Of a DNA stretch of 64,000 nucleotides, positions 9,918 to 20,671 are shown piece after piece. Origin of the DNA: Ignavibacteriota bacterium. Its GTDB lineage: Bacteria; Bacteroidota; Ignavibacteria; UBA10030; CAVZMI01. A program made the translations under genes and the position numbers. Where the stretch lies: assembly GCA_963776275.1 (NCBI GenBank), contig CAVZMI010000020.1, positions 1 through 64,000 on the forward strand. Reading direction: 5' to 3'. Position 1 is the stretch's first letter; every line of letters begins with the position of its first letter. Under the pieces are notes generated by a model that worked only from the letters and a program-made list of their open reading frames with translations, did not search any database and was not told where the DNA came from.

Positions 9918-11248
9918 CTAATTCATGCGTTGTTTTAGGGATCGCGCCATGTTCTTCATTGCACCTTTACGGCTGAATGTTTTCATCATTTTCTGCATCT
10001 CCTCGAACTGCCTGAGGAGTTTATTCACTTCCTGTATTGTCCTCCCACTTCCCATTGCAATCCGCCGCCGCCTGCTGCCATTGAGAATCTGCGGCCGCTG
10101 CCTTTCTTCGGGTGTCATCGAACGAATAATCGCTTCTATCGATTTAAGAGCCGTATCGTCAACATTCGTATCAAGCGGTAATTTATTCATTCCGGGCAAC
10201 ATCCCGAGGACCTGATTGAGCGGCCCCATTTTCTTGATTTCCTGGAGCTGATCCAAAAAATCTTCGAGGGTAAACTGCGACCTCCTGAGCTTCTCTTCGA
10301 GCTTCTGAGCTTTCTGCTCATCAAACCGTTCCTGCGCCTTCTCGACCAGAGTGACGATATCACCCATACCGAGAATACGCGACGCCATCCGGTCTGGATG
10401 AAACGGTTCAAGCGCATCAAGCTTTTCACCGATGCTCACAAACTTGATCGGTCTCTCAACCACCGAACGGATCGAAAGCGCAGCCCCTCCCCGCGTATCA
10501 CCATCAAGTTTCGTCAGTACAACACCATCAAATTCCAGCTTATCATGAAATGCTTTTGCGGTGTTGACCGCATCCTGACCTGTCATTGCATCTACGACAA
10601 AGAGAATCTCGTGGGGCTTCGTATGATCTTTGATCGTCTTAACTTCATTCATCATTTCTTCATCAATATGAAGACGACCGGCCGTATCAATAATAACAAC
10701 ATCACGTGCATTCTTCCGTGCATGCTCGATGCTATGTTCCGCTATTGATACTGCATTTTTTACTTCCTCAGCATACACCGGCACACTAATTTGCATACCA
10801 AGTTGCTTCAATTGCTCTATTGCCGCAGGCCGGTAGATGTCGGCTGCAATAAGCAATGGGTGCCGGCCTTTTGATTTTAGAGGAGCGCAAGTTTGGCGGA
10901 AAATGTCGTTTTCCCCGATCCCTGCAAACCGCAAATCATCACAATTGTCGGCGGTAGCGGCGCATCTGTCATATCGGCTTTCACACCGCCCATCAGCGAG
11001 ACAAGTTCATCATGGATAATCTTTACAATGAGCTGTCCCGGCGTAACACTCGTGATTACCTCCTGGCCTAGCGCTTTTACTTTTATTTTGTCAATGAACT
11101 GTTTTGTGACATTATAATTAACATCGGCATCAAGCAAAGCACGACGCACCTCACGCAACGATTCGGAGACGTTTGCCTCCGTCAGGCGTCCCTGTCCCCG
11201 GATTTTCTTGAAAACTGTTTCTAATTTCTGACTGAGATCTTCGAACAT
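9918..11248 (-). CDS. ffh: Signal recognition particle protein; single-base frameshift at ~10880
   Basis: MFEDLSQKL, GLQGSGKTT in ORF 10877..11341, continuing as ADIYRPAA, DTAGR, TKLDGD, RILGMGD, SRRRRIA in ORF 9918..10934. Confidence 0.96.
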
Positions 11249-11265
11249 ATATCCGGTCTGTAGAG

Positions 11266-11287
11266 AAAAAAACGCCCATAAGGGCGT
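11266..11287 (-). terminator. Intrinsic terminator-like hairpin in the ffh leader
   Basis: Minus strand acgccc-ttat-gggcgt followed by a T run, about 18 nt upstream of the ffh ATG. Confidence 0.55.
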
Positions 11288-11312
11288 ACCAAACTGCTTG
11301 TTAGAGCAGATA

Positions 11313-11341
11313 AATGTAATAAATTTTATGGAGTTCTGCAA
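11313..11341 (-). promoter_or_regulatory. Putative sigma70 promoter for ffh
   Basis: Minus strand TTGCAG-17 nt-TACATT. Confidence 0.45.
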
Positions 11342-11347
11342 GTTTTT

Positions 11348-13897
11348 TTAAAGATGACGAGCAAGCACTATTGGCCGCTTCACCGTGTAATTTACTCCAC
11401 CTGGTCCGTCAATTGCCTCAATATACAGGATGTAAAGCCCAATCCTGCACCTATGATCATTATTGTTCATCCCATTCCATCGTACGGAATAAGAAGAGCC
11501 AACCGGATTTCCCTCGGCCAGTGTTTTCACCAACCGTCCCATGGTATCGAAGATTTTTACACGAATGGTCACGGTCGTCGATGGAAATTCGGCCGAGATG
11601 GCCACCTCATCATCCACCCCATCCCCATCCGGAGAAAAAGGATTTGGCGAGATAGAAATAGTCATCGTTTGTGGATCAGACTCCAGAAAAACCGAGTTTT
11701 GTTTTCCCGGTGTTCCCCCATCAGGCGCTGTTGATGATGTCCAATTCTGCCGGTCAAGGCTTGAACGAGACGGACAGATTCGCTCGAGAGAAATCCCTGT
11801 TGTTATCGACCTGTCAGGATGGTGCCATGAAGTGGAATACCAAACACTATCGATAAGTGTTCCGGAAGGATCGAAAAGCTGGATTGCGTCCGCATCGTTA
11901 TTGAGTGATAAGTTAGATTTCCCCACGATATAGAGAAAATCCTCTGAAACAGAGAATGTTTTGAAGAATGAGGAATCGGACGCGATAACAAAATATCCTT
12001 TCGAGCGAATTGTTTTCGATGAGGGTATTATGAAGGCGTGGCCCGTTGTGCCGCCAGGAGATACCGCATCGGATATCTTCCAATTGGTCAGATCAATATC
12101 CTCATTCGAATTATTCCATAATTCGACATACTCCGCCTCTCCTTCGCGCGGTGCGAACATAATCTCGTTAATCACGAGACTCTTTTGTGGATATCCGGCA
12201 TTCATAGTATTCCATGAGACTTCCAGAATTGTATCTTCATCCCCCGGAAATGAAATTGTCAAGGCATATCGATGAATACCGCTTTTACCTTGAAGTGGAC
12301 CGATCTGGATATTTTTTTCCGTGCCTGCTGCAAAATTCAACACTTGCAGCGATGCAATATGCTCTCCCTTTATTAGAATTGAATCATTATTAGTATCTTC
12401 AAAGAGATTGACAATGACTTCAGCGACACCATCTATTCCTCTATTTACGAGTATAGCATTGAAGAGAACCATGGTGATCGGTTGTGCTTCGGTAATTTCA
12501 CTATAAAAATTTTTTATGCTGACATCCTTTTCTTTCCTGCTGACGCTGTTCCTCATCCCCGGTGTCCCTCCGTGTGGATTTCGCGAACCCGTCCAATTCA
12601 ACGGTTCCGGAGGATCAAGTGCATTTATACGTTCCAGCGAAGTACCCGCACCACTTCCCCATGAAGAGCTGTAGTGCAGGCTATCAATTATTCTATTATT
12701 TGCATCTCTAAGGATTACTTCACCCTCATTATTATTGAAGAAAAAATCCGTAAGCGGAATCTGTATGAACAATCCTTTTGTCAATGCATAATACTTTTTT
12801 AGCAAAGCAGTATCCCGCGTCACGACAACATATTCCGAGGGCGGGATTTTAATTGTATGATTATCCCCCGTAAATAATATTTTTGCACCATGCTTTTCGA
12901 GACAAAATCCTTCAAAGCTGATAGTATCATTACCAATCATGTATAATTCGATCCACTCCGGTTCAGAGGGATGTGGGGCAGGCATGACTTCATTGATCGC
13001 GATGGAATTCGCTGCCGGACTTACAAAAAAATCTATCCAGAGAATATCATTTGATGAATTGGCATCTTCAACTGACGAGACCATCAGTGCATACCGATAC
13101 CGTTGTGGTCTGAGTGATCCCAGAGTATATTCTACGGGGAACGAGTCCGAAACAGCAATAACCGTATTTGAGTTTTTCCATACAAATTCATCCGCCGTGA
13201 TGAGAGAATCACCATTGGCATCATAAGCCAGTGCTATGTAGGCATCGTAGACGATCGCCGTCCCATAATTTATTACACATCCACTGATCGTCACAGACTC
13301 ATTCCGTTGAGGAAAACGAGGAGTAGCAGTAATCCTCTGAATTCCGACATCTAAACGATACACTGAAGAAATTGTTATGTCATCGAGTCGATACGTTGCC
13401 GTCGAACCGGAACCATTGCCGACAATGTTCCATCGAATCCGTATATTCTGTGTCTCTTCAGTAAGAGAGACATCAATGCTGTGTTTCACATAGACATTGA
13501 AAACAGTACCCTTAAGCCTTTCACCAATTTTAGTGTACGTATTTCCGTCGTCATTCGAAATCTCAACAACAATATCAGACGTAAAAGTAGTTGATCGTCG
13601 ATCGAAGAATTCCAGCTTGATCGCGGAGTTCGAAGAACAATGCAGGGAGGGTGAAAAAATCCATTGAAACTTTTTGGCGTTTGAAATGATTAATGTATTG
13701 GGAGCCGAATGGGATATGGATGCCGTCGTCTTTGTATCAGGAGTCAACGCAGAACCGGAATGACTTGTTTCCCATCCTTGCGGAAGTTGTGGCGGATTGA
13801 CAGCATCAAAGGATTCATTCAATAAGGTCTTTTGACAATAGGCTGTGAATGGCAGAAATAATACAATATTCGCGAAAATTATTAAAAACATCTTCAT
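11348..13897 (-). CDS. Secreted lamin-tail-domain protein with CARDB-like and FlgD-Ig/T9SS-type C-terminal domain
   Basis: Two LTD motifs (INEVMPAP..EWIELY; INEIMFAP..EYVELWN, each followed by SLERI and GTPG..NS). C-terminal ISPNPFSPDGDG..IFDTMGRLVK..WNG..GLYI. Confidence 0.85.
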   Translation of the reverse strand: MKMFLIIFANIVLFLPFTAYCQKTLLNESFDAVNPPQLPQGWETSHSGSALTPDTKTTASISHSAPNTLIISNAKKFQWIFSPSLHCSSNSAIKLEFFDRRSTTFTSDIVVEISNDDGNTYTKIGERLKGTVFNVYVKHSIDVSLTEETQNIRIRWNIVGNGSGSTATYRLDDITISSVYRLDVGIQRITATPRFPQRNESVTISGCVINYGTAIVYDAYIALAYDANGDSLITADEFVWKNSNTVIAVSDSFPVEYTLGSLRPQRYRYALMVSSVEDANSSNDILWIDFFVSPAANSIAINEVMPAPHPSEPEWIELYMIGNDTISFEGFCLEKHGAKILFTGDNHTIKIPPSEYVVVTRDTALLKKYYALTKGLFIQIPLTDFFFNNNEGEVILRDANNRIIDSLHYSSSWGSGAGTSLERINALDPPEPLNWTGSRNPHGGTPGMRNSVSRKEKDVSIKNFYSEITEAQPITMVLFNAILVNRGIDGVAEVIVNLFEDTNNDSILIKGEHIASLQVLNFAAGTEKNIQIGPLQGKSGIHRYALTISFPGDEDTILEVSWNTMNAGYPQKSLVINEIMFAPREGEAEYVELWNNSNEDIDLTNWKISDAVSPGGTTGHAFIIPSSKTIRSKGYFVIASDSSFFKTFSVSEDFLYIVGKSNLSLNNDADAIQLFDPSGTLIDSVWYSTSWHHPDRSITTGISLERICPSRSSLDRQNWTSSTAPDGGTPGKQNSVFLESDPQTMTISISPNPFSPDGDGVDDEVAISAEFPSTTVTIRVKIFDTMGRLVKTLAEGNPVGSSYSVRWNGMNNNDHRCRIGLYILYIEAIDGPGGVNYTVKRPIVLARHL

Positions 13898-13981
13898 TGG
13901 TTTTCTCCCGTATTTTCCTATTAATAATACCGCAAAAGAAAAGAGGAGTGTGACAGATACGTTGAAAATGGTAGATTTTTG

Positions 13982-14010
13982 TTGACTTTGCTTGCGGTGC
14001 TCTTTATATT
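13982..14010 (+). promoter_or_regulatory. Putative sigma70 promoter for the TonB-C gene
   Basis: TTGACT-17 nt-TATATT about 210 nt upstream of the ORF. Confidence 0.45.
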
Positions 14011-14217
14011 TGATCAATTAGCAATAAAAGCTAAAAACGAGGATCATATTTTCTGTGCTGGAAACTTGCGAGACATCACCGTAATTCCAGCTTTATCTAA
14101 AACCCAAGACAGTTCATAATTTTAATTCAACCCTAAGATGCCTCAACCGACAAACGGACGTGGAAGGAAGTAAATTGATCGGAGATTTATGGACAATGTC
14201 ATGAATGGGGGGGAAAT

Positions 14218-17163
14218 GTGAAACTAATGAAAACACAGGCGAGAAGCGGTACAGCATCGGCAGGAAAGACCCTTACGAACGCTGACCGAGATAGCGTCAG
14301 CGCCTATCTGAAAGATGCAGAGCGGTTTATCAAGGAAAAAGATTACGAAAGGGCTCTCGATGCACTTGCCCTTGCTCATGAGCTTGACCCACGGAATATG
14401 TATATTCAGGCATACCGCGAGCGAATTTTTGAGCTTCAGGCAGAGCAGGGAGCAAGCCGTCCAACAGCCGTAATAGAAAAAGTCCGCAGTGATACGGATA
14501 TCGATGTCGAAGCCTACATCAAGCAAGCAGATACTCTTATTGGTGAAGGCAAACTTGACGAAGCTTTGGATGTTATTACTCAAGCGTACATGATTGACCC
14601 TACTAATCTCACAATCGACTCGTACGCACAACGAATCACTGAATTGAAGGATCAACAAAAGGTCGGCACTGAACCACCTGTTTTCAATGAAGAGCTCGAA
14701 CGATATCTCGACATGGCCGAGGATGCGATCCTGCAAGGCGATGTAGCTGGAGCAACAGATACATTGATGCAAGCGTTTGTTATCGATCCTTCCCATCCGC
14801 GGGTTGTAGAATGTGAAGAACGATTGCGCGTTCTCCAGGATACACTCAACAGAGCTGAACAAGAAGCCGAGGAAAAAAGACGTAAAGCTGAAGAGGAAGC
14901 CCAAAGAAAGGCAGAAGAAGAAGCTAGACATAAGGCAGAAGAAGAAGCCAGACGCAAGGCAGAAGAAGAAGCCAGACGCAAGGCAGAAGAAGAAGCCAGA
15001 CGTAAGGCCGAAGAAGAAGCCAGACGTAAGGCCGAAGAAGAAGCCAGACGTAAGGCCGAAGAAGAAGCCAGACGTAAGGCAGAAGAAGAAGCCAGACGCA
15101 AAGCAGAAGAAGAAGCCAGGCGCAAGGCCGAAGAAGACCGCAAGCGAAAAGAAGAAGAAGCCAAACGTAAGGCAGAAGAAGAACGTAAACGAAAAGAAGA
15201 AGAAGCCAAACGTAAGGCCGAAGAAGAAGCCAGACGCAAAGCAGAAGAAGAACGTAAACGAAAAGAAGAAGAAGCCAAACGTAAGGCCGAAGAAGAAGCC
15301 AGGCGCAAAGTCGAAGAAGAACGTAAGCGAAAAGAAGAAGAAGCCAGGCGTAAACTCGAAGAAGAACGTAAGCGAAAAGAAGAAGAAGCACGCCGAAAGG
15401 CCGAAGAAGAGGCACGACGCAAAGCAGAAGAAGAACGGAAGAAGGCTGAAGAGGCTCGCCGAAAGGCTGAAGAAGAGACACGACGTAAGGCCGAAGAGGA
15501 AGCACGGCGCAAAGTTGAAGAAGAACGAAAGAGAGCCGAAGAAGCCCGCCGAAAGGCTGATGAAGAGGCACGACGTAAGGCCGAAGAAGAAGCACGGCGC
15601 AAGGCCGAAGAGGAGGCACGACGGAAGGCCGAAGAGGAAGCACGGCGCAAAGCCGAAGAGGAACGTAAAAAGGCTGAAGAAACACGCCGAAAAGCCGAGG
15701 AGGAAGCCCGACGCAGGGTCGAAGAAGAACGGAAAAGAGCTGAAGAAGCCCGCCGTAAAGTCGAAGAAGGAGCACGGCGTAAAGTCGAAGAAGAACGGAA
15801 ACAAAAAGAAGAAGAAGCTCGCCGTAAGGCTGAAGAAACACGGCGTAAGGCTGAGGAAGAAGCCCGCCGTAAAGTGGAAGAAGAGCGAAAACGGAAAGAG
15901 GAAGAAGCCAGACGTAAAGTCGAAGAAGAACGAAAGCGGAAAGAGGAAGAAGCCCGCCGTAAAGTCGAAGATGAGCGAAAGCAGAAAGAGGAAGAAGCCC
16001 GCCGCAAAGTAGAAGAAGAACGAAAGCGGAAAGAGGAAGAAGCCCGCCGTAAAGCTGATGAAGAAAGGAAAAAAGCCGAAGAAGCTCGAAAAAAAGCCGA
16101 AGAAGCTCGAAAAAAAGCCGAGAAAGCAGAAGAGGAAGCACGGCGAAAAGTCGAAGAAGATCGACGAAAAAGAGAGGAAGATGAACGCCGACGTAAGGAG
16201 GAGGACGCACGTCGCAAAGCCGAAGAAGAACGGAAAAAGAGCGAAGAGGCACGCCGAAGAGTTGAAGAGGAAGTACATCGCAAAACAGAAGTAGAAGGTG
16301 AAGAACATCGGCATGCCGAAGTTGTCCATCATGCAGAGGCAGTAGAAAGCCTGGCAGCCCATGAGGCACATCACGTCACCGAAGAAGTCGAAGAAAAGAA
16401 ATCCAAGAAGACTATCATCCTAGTTGCCGCGGGTATAGTCATTCTGGTGGCCATCGGTTTTGGTGCAAAGATGTTACTCTCCCCAAAACCTGTGCAGCAA
16501 CCACAGACAACAGTAGCCCAGAACGTTCCGGTAACTACACAAACGCAAGAGAGTGGACAGCAAGCGCCGAGTAGCAATCGAGGAACCCCGCAAGGACAGA
16601 CCCAGCCGGGAGCAGAAACGCGAACCGATCGGCAAGCTAATGCCAATAAACAGCAACCGGCACAGCCACAACCGGCACAGCAACAACCGGCACAGCAACA
16701 GCCGGCACAGCAACAACCGGCACAGCAACAGCCGGCACAACAACAACCGGCACAACAACAGCCGGCACAGCAACAACCGGCACAACAACAACCGACACAG
16801 CAACCACCAATTGCGGTTAATCAACCAGTTGAGACTCAACCGCAACCATCGATTCCACCACCGACAAACGCAGAGGCAAATGTAGCAAAAGTAGTGAATA
16901 GACAGCCAGAACCTATTAGTATCGGAAAACCAAAATATCCGGAAATGGCTGCTAAATTTGGACTCCGTGGAACAGTCATTATCAGGGCTCAAATCGATGA
17001 AAATGGTAATGTGATAAAAGCCGAGGTGCTCAAGTCACCAAACCCGGTTTTCGATAGACCGGCAATTGATGCTGCGATGAAAAGTAAATTTTCCCCAAAG
17101 ATTGTTAATGACAAACCTGTCCCTTCAGAAGTGACAATGTCGTTTGTATTTAAGATGCAATGA
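14218..17163 (+). CDS. TPR + long E/R/K single-alpha-helix + TM + Gln/Pro linker + TonB C-terminal domain protein
   Basis: Three TPR-like units, ~470 aa of RRKAEEEA-type repeats, one hydrophobic helix (TIILVAAGIVILVAIGFG), QQPAQ repeats, then PKYPEMA..GTVIIRAQIDENGNV..FDRPAIDAAMKSKFSP (TonB_C). Start may be ATG 14227. Confidence 0.88.
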   Translation: MKLMKTQARSGTASAGKTLTNADRDSVSAYLKDAERFIKEKDYERALDALALAHELDPRNMYIQAYRERIFELQAEQGASRPTAVIEKVRSDTDIDVEAYIKQADTLIGEGKLDEALDVITQAYMIDPTNLTIDSYAQRITELKDQQKVGTEPPVFNEELERYLDMAEDAILQGDVAGATDTLMQAFVIDPSHPRVVECEERLRVLQDTLNRAEQEAEEKRRKAEEEAQRKAEEEARHKAEEEARRKAEEEARRKAEEEARRKAEEEARRKAEEEARRKAEEEARRKAEEEARRKAEEEARRKAEEDRKRKEEEAKRKAEEERKRKEEEAKRKAEEEARRKAEEERKRKEEEAKRKAEEEARRKVEEERKRKEEEARRKLEEERKRKEEEARRKAEEEARRKAEEERKKAEEARRKAEEETRRKAEEEARRKVEEERKRAEEARRKADEEARRKAEEEARRKAEEEARRKAEEEARRKAEEERKKAEETRRKAEEEARRRVEEERKRAEEARRKVEEGARRKVEEERKQKEEEARRKAEETRRKAEEEARRKVEEERKRKEEEARRKVEEERKRKEEEARRKVEDERKQKEEEARRKVEEERKRKEEEARRKADEERKKAEEARKKAEEARKKAEKAEEEARRKVEEDRRKREEDERRRKEEDARRKAEEERKKSEEARRRVEEEVHRKTEVEGEEHRHAEVVHHAEAVESLAAHEAHHVTEEVEEKKSKKTIILVAAGIVILVAIGFGAKMLLSPKPVQQPQTTVAQNVPVTTQTQESGQQAPSSNRGTPQGQTQPGAETRTDRQANANKQQPAQPQPAQQQPAQQQPAQQQPAQQQPAQQQPAQQQPAQQQPAQQQPTQQPPIAVNQPVETQPQPSIPPPTNAEANVAKVVNRQPEPISIGKPKYPEMAAKFGLRGTVIIRAQIDENGNVIKAEVLKSPNPVFDRPAIDAAMKSKFSPKIVNDKPVPSEVTMSFVFKMQ
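14878..16270 (+). repeat. Coding tandem repeats (24-bp RRKAEEEA units and variants)
   Basis: About ten near-identical agacgtaaggccgaagaagaagcc units followed by degenerate variants. Confidence 0.9.
16651..16805 (+). repeat. Coding 15-bp tandem repeats (QQPAQ)
   Basis: Repeated caacaaccggcacag units. Confidence 0.9.
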
Positions 17164-17176
17164 TAGTGAATATCAC

Positions 17177-17207
17177 AAAAGCCCTTCAATTGTTGAAGGG
17201 CTTTTTT
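17177..17207 (+). terminator. Rho-independent terminator
   Basis: aaaagcccttcaa-ttg-ttgaagggctttttt directly after the TonB-C gene. Confidence 0.85.
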
Positions 17208-17224
17208 CTTGATAAAAAGGTATC

Positions 17225-17779
17225 GTGAAGTATATCTTCCTCGGCATCCGAAGTGTTATTCTATTGTATATTGTATACCTTCTCATTTTTCTTTTATCCG
17301 ACCAATTCGCACCAACACAGCCGTATTTTCATCCTCCATTCTCTTTGATTATTCTTGACTGGATTAATTTATTCATTCATGAGGCAGGACATCTTTTTTT
17401 CTCGCCACTCGGATTTATAATGAAACTGCTTGGCGGGTCGCTCATGCAGCTTTTAGTACCGCTGGCCGCTATTATTGTTTGGTACCGGCGAGACCGATTG
17501 AATGCACATTATTTTCTCTTCTGGTTTGGCGAAAGTATGATTAATATCAGTGTATATGTTGGGGATGCCCCATATCGGCAGTTAAGGCTAATCTCTTCCG
17601 GAGCGCTGCACGACTGGAATACAATCCTCGGTCGCCTCTCCATGCTTGAGTCGGCAGGAACTATTGCTTCATTCCTTTATGTAAGCGGGATTATCATGAT
17701 TATCGGATCGATTGTCGCAGGTAGCATCGCCGCCATTTATCAATACCGTCATTGGAAAGCCCCGCCGATCTCCGAATAA
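17225..17779 (+). CDS. Membrane protein with HExxH motif (M50-like metallopeptidase)
   Basis: Several TM segments, IHEAGHLFF, LGGSLMQL, HDWNTIL. Confidence 0.7.
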   Translation: MKYIFLGIRSVILLYIVYLLIFLLSDQFAPTQPYFHPPFSLIILDWINLFIHEAGHLFFSPLGFIMKLLGGSLMQLLVPLAAIIVWYRRDRLNAHYFLFWFGESMINISVYVGDAPYRQLRLISSGALHDWNTILGRLSMLESAGTIASFLYVSGIIMIIGSIVAGSIAAIYQYRHWKAPPISE

Positions 17780-17901
17780 TACTTCCTACATCACTTTACT
17801 GTATTTGATTCCCGGAACCTACAGATCACGGTAGTCGAGATGACGACTGGAACTCCTATTTTATCTATCATAAGAATCGATACTGAGAGGTTTTCCCAGG
17901 C

Positions 17902-19660
17902 TTATCGCAGGAGGATAATTTTCTTCGTTGAAGTATAGTGAGGCGTGCTGAGCGTTATAAAATATACACCACTTGGGAGTTGATAACCATTGGCATTTTT
18001 CCCATCCCATTGAATGGTATATCTGTTGACTTTACAGCTGCCATCGGTAAGCAACCTAATTTTTTCACCAAGTACAGAGTAGATGGTAAGAGTGACCGAC
18101 GTTTCTTCTGCAACATCGTATTGAATGGTTGTAATATCATTAAAGGGATTGGGATAATTTTGATATAAAACGAAATCCTTGATGGGCACGGGGGGGAACA
18201 CATTTAATGAATCGTAGTATTTGAGCGCTTTAAAGGCATCCACTTCTCCCCATCCACAAAAATTATTAGGTGTCGATGCATTTGTCGCTGTGTTTCGAAG
18301 TGCATCGCGAACTTGAATCGGGGTCAATTGCGGATGAGCTGTCAGGACAAGTGCAGCGACTCCAGCGGTCAGCGGGGTTGAGCACGATGTTCCACTAACG
18401 GTCATGAATTGATTTTCGGGCGACACTACGACAACATTCACACCTGGAGCAACTACATCAGGTTTGATTCGTCCGTCATTCGTCGGACCCGTTGAGCTGA
18501 ATGATGCGAGCTGTCCGGAATCCGGACTTGTATATCGGACTGCACCGACAGAAATGATCGAGTCGGCATCTGAAGGCACATCCAGTGTACCTATAATACC
18601 ATCACCAATTTTTTCATTTCCAATAGCACTCACAACAACAACACCCCGCCGGGCAGCAAGTACAGCAGCTTGTGTTATGATCGCTGTGCGACCATTGAAA
18701 TCACCATTACTCCAGGTATAATCATTTGGACTCGGGCCCTGAGGATCAAAATCATTATAACCGAGTGAATTGCTGACGACATCGACACCCAAACTTTCCA
18801 TCCATTCGATCGCGGCAGCCCAGTTGTCTTCTTCTACTTTCGTTTCACTCCGCATGTCTTCTGTCTTTGCGAGAATGAACGATGCATCGGGTGCGGCACC
18901 GATATAAGTACCTTTAATATTCGCCGCAAGGATCGAAAACATCCACGTCCCATGTTCATCCTGATAGGGATCATCCTGGGATTCATTTGCTGTAACACTA
19001 TCTTTAAAAATAAAATCATATTCAGCAAGGACATGGGCATTTTTCAAAGCATTATTTGTTTTCCATCGAAATCCACTATCAAGCATCCCGACGATGACAT
19101 TTTGTCCCCTTACACCCGACTGATGCACTGGAATGATATTGATGGCATTCAATTGCGATTCTGCCAGCCCATAATCGACAACTATACCCCTTTTCTGTTG
19201 TGATTGTGCGTATAGAAATGTCGGTAAATTATGCAACGATTCTAAACGATGAGATACCGTCCGAACCGGGACGATTCCTTTTACAAACGAGACATGGGAT
19301 AACTCTGCATATTGATTTTCAGTAAGATACGCAGTGATCGCATTGAACCAGCGCAGGATATTCGATGGATGGACACCGTAGTAATTAAAGTTGCTGGAGA
19401 TAGTTTTCATTGACAGGGAGATCAGTTTCATCGATAAGATGATTCCCCTTCATAACTTTTTCACGCCGCTCAATAGCTCGTTCAGAAATATAAGCTCTAA
19501 TCTCTTCATGACTCAATGCACGTTTCCTGAAGAATTGCTGCAGGTAGTTTCCTTATCCTTGAAGTAAATCCAGTATTTTCGTACCTGCTGGCCGGAGACT
19601 GCGTGAAGTCCATATCATGAGCAGACAAACAATCCAAGCAAGAAGAGATCTTTTTCTCAT
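17902..19660 (-). CDS. S8 subtilisin-like serine peptidase with T9SS-type C-terminal domain; several frameshifts in the N-terminal region
   Basis: Catalytic motifs LDSG, HGT, SGTSCSTP; CTD QNYPNPFN..WDGKN..SGVYF. Pro-region motifs KYWIYFKDK, ISERAIERR, DLPV lie in shifted frames back to ATG 19660, which overlaps the moxR stop. Confidence 0.85.
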
Positions 19661-20669
19661 ATCTTATATCCGTGTTCCTCCAATAACTTTTCGATGATTT
19701 GAATAGATGTCACACCATCAGCTTCTGCGGTGAAATTTGTCACAATCCTATGTCGAAGTACCGGTCCGACCATTGCACGAATATCATCTCTTGTCCGGAG
19801 TATGGCGACCGTCGAGAAGGCCCGTCGTTTTTGCACCAAGAACAAGATACTGCGAAGCCCGTGGACCCGCACCCCATCGCAGCCATTCATTAATAAACTG
19901 CGGTGCTTGTGATGAACGTGGACGCGTACGGGAGACGAGATTCACCGCATACTCGACTACACTGTCGGCAACAGGTACACGCCGTACAAGATCCTGAAAT
20001 GCAATAATATCTTGTGCGTTCAATACCCGTATCAAGTATTGCTGTGTCGGAACTTGTTGTAGCTTTGACGATAGTAATTTCTTCATCGAATGATGGATAA
20101 TCAAGCCAGAGATTGAACATAAATCGATCAAGCTGCGCTTCTGGGAGTGGATACGTTCCTTCCTGTTCAATTGGATTTTGTGTTGCAAGAACAAAGAAGG
20201 GTTCCGAAAGCTGATGGGTTTCTCCCGCGGCCGTAACATGGTGTTCTTGCATTGCTTCTAGCAGTGCAGCTTGTGTTTTCGGGGGCGTCCGGTTAATCTC
20301 ATCGGCAAGAACGATGTTTGCGAAGACAGGACCTCTGACAAATTTGAACGCTTTTTCTCCCGTACTCACATTTTCCTCAATGATTTCCGTTCCCGTGATA
20401 TCGCTTGGCATCAGATCGGGAGTAAATTGTATCCGATTGAACTTGAGATCAAGAACTTCGGCAAGTGTTCTGATCAACAGTGTTTTTGCAAGTCCCGGGA
20501 CACCGACAAGCAGACAGTGTCCTCGCGCCAGCAGCGAAATCAGCAGATGATCGATAATTACTTCCTGACCGATGATGACTTTTCCAATCTCGGTTTTAAT
20601 TTTTTCGTATGACGACTGAAGTAGCGTAGCTGTCTCATTGTCGTTATGATATTGTACATAAGCGTGCAC
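19657..20669 (-). CDS. moxR: MoxR-family AAA+ ATPase; frameshifts at ~20040 and ~19790
   Basis: [61 protein letters not shown], then [11 protein letters not shown] and VLRHRI in successive frames. Confidence 0.9.
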
Positions 20670-20671
20670 AG

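Noticed and set aside
10860-10935. Programmed frameshift in ffh (likewise argS, mqnD, pgm)
   Set aside because: No common slippery motif or stimulatory structure; the window-wide indel density points to sequence error.
14878-15130. Regular repeats resembling a CRISPR array
   Set aside because: Head-to-tail 24-bp coding repeats without unique spacers; no cas genes.
14224-16374. Very long antisense and alternate-frame ORFs (716, 543, 481, 399 aa)
   Set aside because: Shadows of the stop-poor GAA/AAG/CGT repeat tract; low-complexity F/S/L translations.
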